From contig DBQA01000007.1 in the NCBI GenBank assembly GCA_002305675.1, forward strand, positions 238,653 through 302,652: a DNA stretch of 64,000 bases. Direction: 5' to 3'. The notes under the pieces are model-generated. The model was not told where the DNA came from and ran no database searches. It saw only the letters and a program-made list of their open reading frames with translations. The position numbers were made by a program, and so were the translations under genes. Shown piece after piece: positions 17,344-26,328 of this stretch. Source of the stretch: Patescibacteria group bacterium UBA1406 (GTDB lineage Bacteria > Patescibacteriota > Microgenomatia > UBA1406). Position 1 is the stretch's first letter. Every line of letters starts with the position of its first letter.

Positions 17344-18207
17344 TCACTTGCCTCTAGCCAGTTCCCCGATTCTGTTCCAAAGAAGTACTGCCCCTTTTTT
17401 CTTCTGCCCGAACCAATACTCCGATCCCCAGAACAGAATGGCGGCCGGCCCGAGTGCGAGGGCCCGGAACAGGTTCTCTTCAAAAAGCTCCAGGTGGGTG
17501 CCCGCCCGGTAGACCTTCCAGGGGTTGGTCTGAAGCTCCGTCACCCAAACGGGCCGGGCAGAAACGGCAATGGCCTTTTTCAGATAAGTGTCGCTCACAG
17601 AAGGGCCTTTATAGCCTTTTCTGCCGGGGATTTTATAGTAAAGGTCAAGTCCGACTATATCCGCCAACTTTTCAGCAAAAGGCATGTGTCCCCGCCTAGC
17701 CAGGTCGTTGCCCCACAGGGTAATGATCACTTTCCGGTCCGGGTCCAGTGCCCTGACCAGGGCCACCTCCTTTTCCAGGATACCCTTCCCGATGCTCGCC
17801 CCGTGCGGGCCGCTCGGGTCCAGGGGCTCGTTCTCGACCTGCCAGTAACGGATGCACCGGTATCCTTTCAAAGCGAGGACCAGATGCCCCAGATACTCGT
17901 GCAGCCTCTTTTCGACCTCGGTTGCGCTTTGGTCATTTAGCCAGTCGGGCAGATGGAACTCCGGCCAGCGGGGCGCCTTCATACCGGCGGTCAGAACTAT
18001 GTCCTGGCCCCTGTCTTCCGCCACTTCCAGAAGCGCCCTGATCTTGGCTAAATCATATTTTCCCTTGGACTTTTCGCTGTCCGACCAGTAGGTGGCCAGC
18101 CTGACGATATCGAAACCCAGGCCTGAGATATCCCTGAACGCCGGCACGAACGGGAGCCGGAAATACTCCTCCATATACTTATAGCTGTACGTGGTACCGT
18201 AGATCAT
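17344..18207 (-). CDS. glycoside hydrolase, clan GH-A (GH5-like) TIM barrel
   Basis: 287 aa. WQVENEP supplies the acid/base Glu in an NEP motif, and VWVTELQ is the candidate nucleophile Glu. There is no signal peptide. Confidence 0.5.
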   Translation of the reverse strand: MIYGTTYSYKYMEEYFRLPFVPAFRDISGLGFDIVRLATYWSDSEKSKGKYDLAKIRALLEVAEDRGQDIVLTAGMKAPRWPEFHLPDWLNDQSATEVEKRLHEYLGHLVLALKGYRCIRYWQVENEPLDPSGPHGASIGKGILEKEVALVRALDPDRKVIITLWGNDLARRGHMPFAEKLADIVGLDLYYKIPGRKGYKGPSVSDTYLKKAIAVSARPVWVTELQTNPWKVYRAGTHLELFEENLFRALALGPAAILFWGSEYWFGQKKKGAVLLWNRIGELARGK

Positions 18208-18231
18208 ATTCTGTATAATATATTTTCACCG

Positions 18232-18894
18232 ATGAAAACGCTAATCTTTTCCGACACCCATCTCACCGACAGCTTTAATCTCCGGAAATACCGGCTGCTG
18301 AAAAGGCTTATCGAAAAAGCCGACAAGGTCGTCATCAACGGCGACTTCTGGGACGGGTTCTCCACCACGTTTGACAGATTCGTGACCTCCGAGTGGCAAA
18401 GACTGTTCCCGCTTCTGAAAAAAAAGCAGACCGTCTATATCTACGGCAATCACGACGCCAAAAGAATGTCCGATGACAGGGTCGGTCTCTTTTCCAACCT
18501 GCAGACGGAAAAATACGTCCTGAAAACCAATCCCAAGACCTATGTGATCGAACACGGCGACCGGATAACACCGAGCTTTGAAACCCGCCTGCCCAGATGG
18601 AGATGGTTGGTGGTGGCTATAAACACCGTACATGAAGTTCTGGAAGGCCTTTTTCTTCGCTTGGTCGGCCAGCGATTCTTTAATTGGTCCCTTTACGGCA
18701 AATATACCCGGGATATGGAAAAATACGTCAAGGACCACTCCCAAAAAAACCTGGTGCTGGTCTGCGGACACTCGCACAAAGCCGTGTTTACCCCGGAAAA
18801 GGGGTTTGTGAACAGCGGTCTCATCAGGCACGGTCTGGCCCAATATCTGGAGATAAAAGACAGCAAACTGGAGCTACGGGAAGAAAGATATTAA
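18232..18894 (+). CDS. metallophosphoesterase
   Basis: It has the calcineurin-like motifs SDTHL, NGDFWDG, GNHD and GHSH. Confidence 0.78.
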   Translation: MKTLIFSDTHLTDSFNLRKYRLLKRLIEKADKVVINGDFWDGFSTTFDRFVTSEWQRLFPLLKKKQTVYIYGNHDAKRMSDDRVGLFSNLQTEKYVLKTNPKTYVIEHGDRITPSFETRLPRWRWLVVAINTVHEVLEGLFLRLVGQRFFNWSLYGKYTRDMEKYVKDHSQKNLVLVCGHSHKAVFTPEKGFVNSGLIRHGLAQYLEIKDSKLELREERY

Positions 18895-20588
18895 AGATTC
18901 AGTTTGGCGCGCTCCACATCGATAATCTCCGGCTCGATCCTGGTAAAGAGCGGGGTTGCTTTTTCCACCTTTACTCTGATAAGGGCATCCTTGAGGACAC
19001 CGATGATCTCGCCCTTCGGCCAGATATCGAAGCCGTACCCAATAAGACCGGCCAGTTTGTCCGCCGTGCCCGGGACCAGAGGCTTTACCAAGAACTGCAG
19101 GGCGAGAACTATCATCATCCCGTTTCCCACCACCGTGGGGTAGTTCTCGCTAGTTTTGGGCAGCTTCCAGGGGCTTTCCCGGTCGATGAACTTATTGCCG
19201 AAATCCGCCAGCTCAAGAATGGTCTGGGCGTATTCCTTGAACCGGCACCCGGCCAGGGCCCCCTCTGCCTTCCTGACCAGTGACCCCACTTTTTCCCTCA
19301 CCTCGTCGTCGACCAGAAGCTCGAATTCAAACGCCAAGGGTTCGGCGAGCTTCAGGACCCGGTTGACCAGATTGCCGAAGGTGTTGATGAGCACATTATT
19401 GTTGAAGGCCACGAAATCGCTCCAGGAAAAGTCCGCATCGGAGTTTTCCGGCATGATATAGGTCAGGTAGAAACGGACCGGGTCCACCCCGTATGTCTGC
19501 CCCAGATAGAGGGAGTCGATGGTGATGCCACGGCTTTTGGAGAATTTTTTCCCTTCAAGATTCAGGTATTGGTTGGCGCTGATAATGTCCGGCAGCTTGA
19601 TCTTGTCCCCTTCTGCCCCATAGAGCTGGCCGGGCCAGAACAGGGCATGGAACACCACATTGTCCTTGCCCATGAAGTTATACATGACCACGCTCTTCTT
19701 ATCTTTAGGATACCAGAACTGCCGCCAGGCGGACCCGCCATTCCTATCCCACTCTAGGGCGGCGGAAAGGTAGCCGACAACCGCCTCGAACCAAACGTAT
19801 ATCCGCTTGTTCTGGACGTTGTCCAGTTTGAGTTTTGGCGGTAATCTATCGTTCGGAATGGCCACCCCCCAGTTGATATCCCGGGTTATGGCCCGGGGGA
19901 TGAGGCCTTTCTTCAGCCAACCCGAAGCCTCCTTGTAGATCCAGTCTTTCCAATGGGCTTTATGGCTTTCCACATAGGCCTCCAAAACCGGCGCCAGCTT
20001 CGGCCAGTCCAGGAATAGATGTTCCGTATCCTTCAGGACGACCGGTTTCCCGGTCAGCTTGTCCACCGGTTGTTTCAATTCCGAATAATCCAATACCCGG
20101 CCGCAGTTCTCGCATTGGTCGCCCCTTGCCTCTTTGAATCCGCAGTAACTGCAAACCCCCTCCACATACCGGTCCGGCAGGAACTGGTCCTTCTCCGGGC
20201 TATAATATTGCCTGGTTTTTTTCTTCAGGATATAGCCGTTCCCAGCCAGTTTCAAGAACAACTCCTGGACCACCTCCTGATGGTTCGGGGTGGTGGTCTG
20301 AGTATAAAGGTCGAAAGAGATGCCATAGAGCTTGAACAGACGCAGGTGGTTCGGGTGGTATTCGTCCACTATTTCCCGGGGGGAGAGGTTCCTTTTGTCC
20401 GCCTCGACCGTAATGGGCGTGCCAAAACAGTCGGAGCCAGAGACCATGAGCACCTTATTGCCCAAAAGCCTCTGCCAGCGGGCAAAGATATCGGCCGGCA
20501 GAAAATTGCCCGCCATATGCCCTGGGTGAAGGTCGCCGTTGACATACGGCCAGGCAACGCCGATAAAAATGTTCTTTTTGTCCATCAT
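18891..20588 (-). CDS. metG: methionine--tRNA ligase (short form without a C-terminal tRNA-binding domain)
   Basis: The HIGH-type motif is LHPGHMAG, the zinc knuckle is CSYCGF...CENCG and the KMSKS-type motif is KFSKSRG. Confidence 0.9.
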   Translation of the reverse strand: MMDKKNIFIGVAWPYVNGDLHPGHMAGNFLPADIFARWQRLLGNKVLMVSGSDCFGTPITVEADKRNLSPREIVDEYHPNHLRLFKLYGISFDLYTQTTTPNHQEVVQELFLKLAGNGYILKKKTRQYYSPEKDQFLPDRYVEGVCSYCGFKEARGDQCENCGRVLDYSELKQPVDKLTGKPVVLKDTEHLFLDWPKLAPVLEAYVESHKAHWKDWIYKEASGWLKKGLIPRAITRDINWGVAIPNDRLPPKLKLDNVQNKRIYVWFEAVVGYLSAALEWDRNGGSAWRQFWYPKDKKSVVMYNFMGKDNVVFHALFWPGQLYGAEGDKIKLPDIISANQYLNLEGKKFSKSRGITIDSLYLGQTYGVDPVRFYLTYIMPENSDADFSWSDFVAFNNNVLINTFGNLVNRVLKLAEPLAFEFELLVDDEVREKVGSLVRKAEGALAGCRFKEYAQTILELADFGNKFIDRESPWKLPKTSENYPTVVGNGMMIVLALQFLVKPLVPGTADKLAGLIGYGFDIWPKGEIIGVLKDALIRVKVEKATPLFTRIEPEIIDVERAKLNL

Positions 20589-21502
20589 GCTTTATTCAGC
20601 CACCCGGCCACTGCTTTGGCCAGCTCCTCTTCGTGGCCGGTGAATCCGTGATCCGCGCCTTTTAATATTTTAAACTCAAATATAACTTTTTTTGGGGCGA
20701 CTTTCTTCAGTGTTTCCACGGCCCCCTCCACGTCTCCATAACAATACTCATCCATCTCCCCGTAAACTACCAGTGTCGGTTTGCGGATGGACCTGAACTC
20801 GCGGAACAATTCTTTGTTGGACAATTGCAGATTGTTGGCGTACTCGTTGAAAGGGAAAACGTTATAGTCCCCGTCGGGGTTGAGGGTATCGTACAAAGCC
20901 CGGTACGAAAAGAGGTAGGGCAGCATATATCGGGGAATGAACTTATCTCCCCTCCCCTTGTCAATCTCCTCTTTGGCCTTTTCCAGGTAACGGAAGAACT
21001 TGGTTCTATTGCCGATGATGCTGTACCAAACGCCGGTATCATCGCCGCCCCCTAAAAGTACATATTTCTTGACCCTGTTTTCCGGCCGGTAATAGTTGTA
21101 GACGCAGATCTTGTTCGCACCGGTCGAGTACCCCAGAAGGTAAAACTCCCTATAGCCTTTCCCGGCCAGGAAATCAATCGCTCCATCAATGTCATAAAGA
21201 CAATCCTTGATCAACTCATAAGTGGTGCCGACTTTCACATCTACCTCTCCGGCCTCTGTAACCTGCGTCAGCTTCTTGATATAGTGGGCCCCCCGGTTAT
21301 TGAAGGGAAAATAGGCTATCCCCCGCTTCAGAAGCTCTTCGGAAAAACTGAGGTTTTTCAGATAGGAATAGAAAACGGAGGAGCTGCCGTTACCATGAAG
21401 CACGATGGCCACCCTGTCCGTCTTTTTGGCCGGTTCGTATAAAAGGCCAGGCAACAGGAGTCCGTCCGGAGTTTGGAACTGGGCCAGTAGGGCTTTCTGC
21501 AT
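20585..21502 (-). CDS. alpha/beta hydrolase
   Basis: 305 aa with the nucleophile elbow GYSTG and a C-terminal GADHGF histidine region. A 4-nt overlap with metG suggests an operon. Confidence 0.7.
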   Translation of the reverse strand: MQKALLAQFQTPDGLLLPGLLYEPAKKTDRVAIVLHGNGSSSVFYSYLKNLSFSEELLKRGIAYFPFNNRGAHYIKKLTQVTEAGEVDVKVGTTYELIKDCLYDIDGAIDFLAGKGYREFYLLGYSTGANKICVYNYYRPENRVKKYVLLGGGDDTGVWYSIIGNRTKFFRYLEKAKEEIDKGRGDKFIPRYMLPYLFSYRALYDTLNPDGDYNVFPFNEYANNLQLSNKELFREFRSIRKPTLVVYGEMDEYCYGDVEGAVETLKKVAPKKVIFEFKILKGADHGFTGHEEELAKAVAGWLNKA

Positions 21503-21506
21503 GAGC

Positions 21507-22031
21507 TTATTTTATCACGCCGAGCAAACCGGCGACTATCCGCCGGTAGTCGGGGTTATGCTTGATCTTCTTCGCCCCTTCCCGGATGCCGAACCAGCCT
21601 GCCTCATAGAATTCCCCCGGATCGAAGTCAAAGTCTAACTTGTCCGTCCAGACGAGATACCACAGATCGTAATGCAGCCGGCAGTAACGGCGCGGATGTT
21701 CTATCTTTTTGATGGAAAGATTGAATATCTCGATCTTTTCCTTTCCGAGCCCAACCCTAAGCTCCTCCCGGAACTCCCGCCTGACCGTTTCCACCGGATG
21801 CTCGCCGGGCTCGATATGGCCTCCCGGAGGCATCCAGTCCCTCCCCTTGATATGGTGGCCGAGATAAACGGAGCCGCTTTGGCGGTGAATGGGTACGAAG
21901 AAGGCACAGATATGGTCGGGCACAAATTCGCGCTTGGTCAGTTTGGGATTATGGGCCAGCCGGTCCAAAAAACGCTGTCTTAATGGGTGGCCGGCCAGCT
22001 TTTCCAGTTCCCCTTTGATTGCCGGTAGCAT
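21507..22031 (-). CDS. NUDIX hydrolase
   Basis: The Nudix box is GGHIEPGEHPVETVRREFREELRV. Confidence 0.85.
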   Translation of the reverse strand: MLPAIKGELEKLAGHPLRQRFLDRLAHNPKLTKREFVPDHICAFFVPIHRQSGSVYLGHHIKGRDWMPPGGHIEPGEHPVETVRREFREELRVGLGKEKIEIFNLSIKKIEHPRRYCRLHYDLWYLVWTDKLDFDFDPGEFYEAGWFGIREGAKKIKHNPDYRRIVAGLLGVIK

Positions 22032-22037
22032 AAGTTA

Positions 22038-22044
22038 TATTATA
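22038..22044. promoter_or_regulatory. overlapping divergent -10 boxes in an 18-bp intergenic region
   Basis: TATTAT (22038-22043, + strand) lies 6 nt before the rpiB ATG at 22050. TATAAT (complement of 22039-22044) lies 7 nt before the Nudix ATG at 22031. Confidence 0.45.
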
Positions 22045-22049
22045 TAGGT

Positions 22050-22493
22050 ATGAAAATTTATATCGCCGCCGATCACCGAGGCTACGAACTTAAGGAGGAA
22101 CTGAAAAAACACCTGGCCGGTGGCGGCTATGAGGTGGCCGACTGCGGCAACGAGAAGTATGACCCCGAGGATGACTATCCGGATTTCGTAAATAATTTAA
22201 GGGGACAAATGAAGGCAGATCGGCAAATAAGCCGCGGCATTGTCATCTGCGGCTCGGGTATCGGGGTCAGTATCGCCGCCAACCGGGATGGGCAGCTCAG
22301 GTGCGGGCTCTGCTTCAACGAAGAGCAGGCGCGCTCGGCCCGGGCCCACGACAACATTAATGTCCTCGCCCTGGCCTCCGATCATACCAGCACTGAAGCA
22401 GCCAAGAAGATCGCAGATATCTTTCTCAAAACCCCCTTCGATGACTCCCCGAAATACGCCCGGAGATTAGAAAAAATAGACCGGCATGCCTGA
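22050..22493 (+). CDS. rpiB: ribose-5-phosphate isomerase B
   Basis: 147 aa. The segments IYIAADHRGYELK and GIVICGSGIGVSIAANR are typical of RpiB/LacAB. Confidence 0.85.
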   Translation: MKIYIAADHRGYELKEELKKHLAGGGYEVADCGNEKYDPEDDYPDFVNNLRGQMKADRQISRGIVICGSGIGVSIAANRDGQLRCGLCFNEEQARSARAHDNINVLALASDHTSTEAAKKIADIFLKTPFDDSPKYARRLEKIDRHA

Positions 22494-23136
22494 CATCCAG
22501 CTTGTTCCCACGGTCCTGGCTGAAAACGAGACGGAGTTCGTCAGACAGATTGGTATGCTCAGTCCGCTCTCCGACAGGATCCAGATAGATATCGCCGATG
22601 GGCTCCTGGTCGAGAATACCACTGTCGGAACGGAATTTGTCATCAGGCACCTGGCTGAAAACTGCCAGAATTATGAAGGCAAACTGTTTGATTTCCACCT
22701 GATGGTCAAATATTGGGAGGCCGAGGCGGATATCTTGGAAAAGGCGCAGGAATCCATCAACGTCAATCTGGTCCTGCCCCATTACAGCGTGTACCGGCAG
22801 AAAGAGGCCAGCTTCAATATCGGGGTGGTCTTTAATCCCGAAGAGGATATTGACAAGAGCCTCTTGGAAGGGGTTCCGGCCATCCAGATTATGACCGTTA
22901 CCCCGGGCAGACAAGGCAACACGTTCCTAAGGGAAAATCTCCATAAAATCAAATTGCTCCGTTCTTACGGATACCGGAGAGAGATACTCGTAGACGGGGG
23001 CATCAACGAAAAAACGCTTCCCCTTATTCTTGCCGAAGAAGACCGGCCGGACGTTTTGGGAATAGGCAGCTATCTGACAAAAGCCGAACGCCCTGACCGG
23101 AATTACCGGCTGCTCCTCGATTTGATCAAAGCTTAA
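22486..23136 (+). CDS. rpe: ribulose-phosphate 3-epimerase-like TIM-barrel protein
   Basis: 216 aa with the segments IQIDIADG, FDFHLMV, IQIMTVTPGRQG and VDGGIN. It overlaps rpiB by 8 nt. Confidence 0.6.
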   Translation: MPDIQLVPTVLAENETEFVRQIGMLSPLSDRIQIDIADGLLVENTTVGTEFVIRHLAENCQNYEGKLFDFHLMVKYWEAEADILEKAQESINVNLVLPHYSVYRQKEASFNIGVVFNPEEDIDKSLLEGVPAIQIMTVTPGRQGNTFLRENLHKIKLLRSYGYRREILVDGGINEKTLPLILAEEDRPDVLGIGSYLTKAERPDRNYRLLLDLIKA

Positions 23137-23983
23137 ACGGATTTTGTAATATAGGACAGGAATATATTTTTCCCCCTACCAAGAGCCTGTGATCAGTACC
23201 ATAGGAAGTAACGACCCTGTCCGAACCCACATAACCGAACCCGCCGTAACGGGCGGTCTGTCCGCGGCGCCTCCGCCATTCAACGGATGGGTCCATCGGG
23301 AAAACCGAGCCGTCGGGCAGGACTGCTTCCAGCCAGGCGTGCATGCTTAGGTTGGTTCTGGACCCTTTTTTTTTGAGGAAGCCGGCGACCAGCCGGTTCG
23401 GGATGCCGGCGCCCGACAGCAGGGCGGACAAAAGGCTGGCGAACCCGCCGCAGTCCACCCTTTTTTTCTTCAGCGCCTCCCGGTAGGTATACAACCCTTC
23501 GATGGGGTTGTCATATACCAGTTTTTCCAGGACGTATTCGTACAATCTCCTCATGAGAGCAAAGAGGTCATTCTCTTTTCCAACTACCCCCCGGACGATA
23601 GCGTTCACCCTGGCGTCTTTCATAGAGGTTTCCGGCTTGAGGTAATCGGACAGCCTGTAAGTTTGTTTCTGCCGGTAAACCAAGGGCTCCGTCCTTATGT
23701 CGGTTCTCAACAAAATACGTCTTTCCGACAATCTTCCTAAATCATAAACGGCCGCTTTGTACACGCTCTTCCTTTCGATAAACTTCGTGGCGGAGGGAAT
23801 AAGCGAAATTGGGGAAATTGTTTTCTGTGTTCCGGTCTCCAAAGGCAGGGGCAATATATAATAACGGACAGTATTCCCGTCAACATCGTATCTGCAGTCA
23901 ATGTGCAAATTCTGGGAACGTGTGTAATCAAACGCTTTCAACTTTTCCAGGGACTGCCTGACCATAAGCTTGAGCGCGTTCAT
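23126..23983 (-). CDS. transglutaminase-like domain protein
   Basis: The Cys-His-Asp core is RVDCGGFASLL ... MHAWLEAVLPDGSVFPMDPS. I placed the start at ATG 23983, where TACAAT lies 8 nt upstream, rather than at the TTG at 24001. Confidence 0.7.
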   Translation of the reverse strand: MNALKLMVRQSLEKLKAFDYTRSQNLHIDCRYDVDGNTVRYYILPLPLETGTQKTISPISLIPSATKFIERKSVYKAAVYDLGRLSERRILLRTDIRTEPLVYRQKQTYRLSDYLKPETSMKDARVNAIVRGVVGKENDLFALMRRLYEYVLEKLVYDNPIEGLYTYREALKKKRVDCGGFASLLSALLSGAGIPNRLVAGFLKKKGSRTNLSMHAWLEAVLPDGSVFPMDPSVEWRRRRGQTARYGGFGYVGSDRVVTSYGTDHRLLVGGKIYSCPILQNPFKL

Positions 23984-24027
23984 ATAACTAGATTGTAGCA
24001 ATTGTTGAGGTATAATACATTTTACAC

Positions 24028-25182
24028 ATGAGGTCCATCAGCGGCATTTTGCCAACCATCGGATCGGACGACCTGCGGTTTTTTCTGCAAACATTGTTAT
24101 CGGACAAACAAAAATACCGGGGGCTCGTGGAGAAGGAGCTGAACTCCTACTTCCCGAAAAAAAGCGTTCTTTTCTTTGATTCCGGCCGGGAGGCGCTCGA
24201 ATTCCTGGCGCGGCATGTTTTCAAACCCGAGAGTAAGATCTGCCTGCAGGCATTCACCTGCTCCGCCACCGTCTATCCTTTTTTACAAAACGGCATTTCC
24301 CCCATCTACCTTGATATAAACAAGGAGACCCTGAACGTCGACTTCGCCGACCTAACGGGAAAAATCAGACCCGGAACAAGAGCGGTTCTATTGCAGTATA
24401 CCTTCGGCCTCCTGCCCAAAGAACTGCCGAAAATACTTGATTTCTGCCGGCAAAACGATTTTCTTGTCATCGAGGACCTGGCCCACAGTTTTGGCAACCG
24501 GTATGGCGGGAAATACCTGGGGAACTTCGGTGATTTTTCCATTCTGAGTTTTGGCCGTGACAAGGTCGTTTCCAGCGTTTCGGGCGGAGCGCTCGTTATC
24601 AACAACGATGAATATAAACACCGTCTGTTGAAAGAATACGATAAGCTCAAGGAGCCTTCCTGGGGAATCATAATACGGAGGATCTTTTATCTTCTCTACA
24701 TGTCCCTGTTGAAGAAAGTTTACCACCTAAAGCTTGCCCGGATCTCCATTTTTTTGCTCCAGAAACTCGGTCTTTTGGAAATGGCCGTTGGCAAAGAAGA
24801 AAAAAGGGGTCTGAAAACTGCCCAAAAGTCAGGGAAAAAATTGTCAGCGTTATTCCTTCCGCTTCTATATCACCAGTTGATGAAGCTGAATACCCTCACC
24901 GCCATAAGAAAAAAGAATACCCAGATCTACAACACCATGTACGGGAAAAGGCTGGCCGGCGCGCTTTTGAAATATCCACTGCTCTTCGAGAACAGAAACG
25001 AACTTATAGATAAGGCCAGAATAAACCATATCTATCTAGACACCTGGTATAGCCACATCATTGATCCGTTCGGGGTCAACCTCAGGAACTATGGTTATGA
25101 AAAGGGCAGCTGTCCGGAGGCCGAAGCCGTCTGTGCCAGGATTATAAACCTACCAACCTTATGGAAGTTAAGGAAATTATAG
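24028..25182 (+). CDS. DegT/DnrJ/EryC1/StrS-family aminotransferase
   Basis: 384 aa with the segments LQAFTCSATV, VIEDLAHSFG and SFGRDKVVSSVSGGALV (PLP-lysine context). Confidence 0.65.
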   Translation: MRSISGILPTIGSDDLRFFLQTLLSDKQKYRGLVEKELNSYFPKKSVLFFDSGREALEFLARHVFKPESKICLQAFTCSATVYPFLQNGISPIYLDINKETLNVDFADLTGKIRPGTRAVLLQYTFGLLPKELPKILDFCRQNDFLVIEDLAHSFGNRYGGKYLGNFGDFSILSFGRDKVVSSVSGGALVINNDEYKHRLLKEYDKLKEPSWGIIIRRIFYLLYMSLLKKVYHLKLARISIFLLQKLGLLEMAVGKEEKRGLKTAQKSGKKLSALFLPLLYHQLMKLNTLTAIRKKNTQIYNTMYGKRLAGALLKYPLLFENRNELIDKARINHIYLDTWYSHIIDPFGVNLRNYGYEKGSCPEAEAVCARIINLPTLWKLRKL

Positions 25183-26165
25183 ACAGATCTCATTGGGAAA
25201 AGTTCGTCCAGGGAACCGACTGGTCACCCTTCTTTCAGTCATGGGCGTTCGGTGAGGCAGAGGCGAGGGTCGGCTCAAAGGTGTGGAGGTTCGGCGTCTA
25301 TGAGCGCGGACTTCCCGTGATAGCGGCCCAGGTATTTCTGGTCAAGGCCCGCCGGGGGACATTTCTGCATCTCAGACACGGACCAGTATTTAAGAGATTT
25401 AGGGAAGATGCCTTTAAGATGCTTTTGGCCGAACTTAAGAAACTGGCCCATAAAAACAGGGCTTGGTTCATCAGGATAAGCCCGCTTTTGCCTGATGATT
25501 CGCCTCTGTCAGTTTTTTTCGCGGAACTCGGTTTCATCAATTCTCCTGTCCACAATCAGGACGCAGAAAACTGTCTGGTCTTGAATTTGAATAAGACATT
25601 GGATGAGTTTTTAAAAGCTTTCCGGAAAAACACCCGCAATCTCATCCGCCGAGCGGAGAAAGAGGGAGTGGTTGTTAAAAAATCGACCGACCGAAAAGAT
25701 CTCCAAATCTTTTTCGAGTTGTACAAGCAGACGGCGGAAAGAGATAATTTTACACCCCACCAGGGAATACTTGAGGAATTTGAGGAGTTGAAAAAAGACC
25801 AGAGCATTCTGCTTTTCATCGCCTACTTTGATAAGAAACCTTTGGCCTCCTCATTAATAATCTTTTACGGAAACCAGGCTGTCTATCATCACTCCGGCAG
25901 CGTCAGGACCACCGTTCCAGTCAACTACAAGCTGCAGTGGGAGGCCATTAAGGAAGCCAAAGAAAGAGGTATGAGATACTACAATTTCTGGGGGGTGGCA
26001 CCAGACAATAAGCCCCGGCATCCCTGGCAGGGTCTGACACTTTTTAAGGAGGGGTTCGGCGGTGAACGGGTCAATTTTTTGCACGCCCAGGACCTACCCC
26101 TCTCCACTTTATACTGGCCGTCCTACCTGTACCAAAAAATCTGGAATTTCCGCCGGGGATACTGA
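25161..26165 (+). CDS. FemAB-family aminoacyl-tRNA-dependent peptidyltransferase (peptidoglycan branch formation)
   Basis: 334 aa with the segments SFFQSWAFGE, RKNTRNLIRRAEKEG, AVYHHSGS and YKLQWEAIKEAKERGMRYYNFWG, typical of FemX/FemA/FemB. Confidence 0.7.
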   Translation: MEVKEIIDRSHWEKFVQGTDWSPFFQSWAFGEAEARVGSKVWRFGVYERGLPVIAAQVFLVKARRGTFLHLRHGPVFKRFREDAFKMLLAELKKLAHKNRAWFIRISPLLPDDSPLSVFFAELGFINSPVHNQDAENCLVLNLNKTLDEFLKAFRKNTRNLIRRAEKEGVVVKKSTDRKDLQIFFELYKQTAERDNFTPHQGILEEFEELKKDQSILLFIAYFDKKPLASSLIIFYGNQAVYHHSGSVRTTVPVNYKLQWEAIKEAKERGMRYYNFWGVAPDNKPRHPWQGLTLFKEGFGGERVNFLHAQDLPLSTLYWPSYLYQKIWNFRRGY

Positions 26166-26183
26166 GTCCGCATATGTAACCGG

Positions 26184-26270
26184 CGGAGAGGGCGGGATTC
26201 GAACCCGCGGTCGCCTTTCGGCGACACACGCTTTCCAAGCGTGCGCGATCGTCCACTCTGCCACCTCTCC
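26184..26270 (-). tRNA. tRNA-Ser (anticodon GGA)
   Basis: The minus strand reads GGAGAGGTGGCAGAGTGGACGATCGCGCACGCTTGGAAAGCGTGTGTCGCCGAAAGGCGACCGCGGGTTCGAATCCCGCCCTCTCCG. The acceptor is 7 bp, the anticodon loop is TTGGAAA, the variable arm is long (GTCGCC-gaaa-GGCGAC) and the T-loop is TTCGAAT. CCA is not encoded. Confidence 0.85.
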
Positions 26271-26328
26271 ATATCGCTGGAATACCTTATTATAGCAAAG
26301 CAACCACCCACATGTTACAATTAAAACC

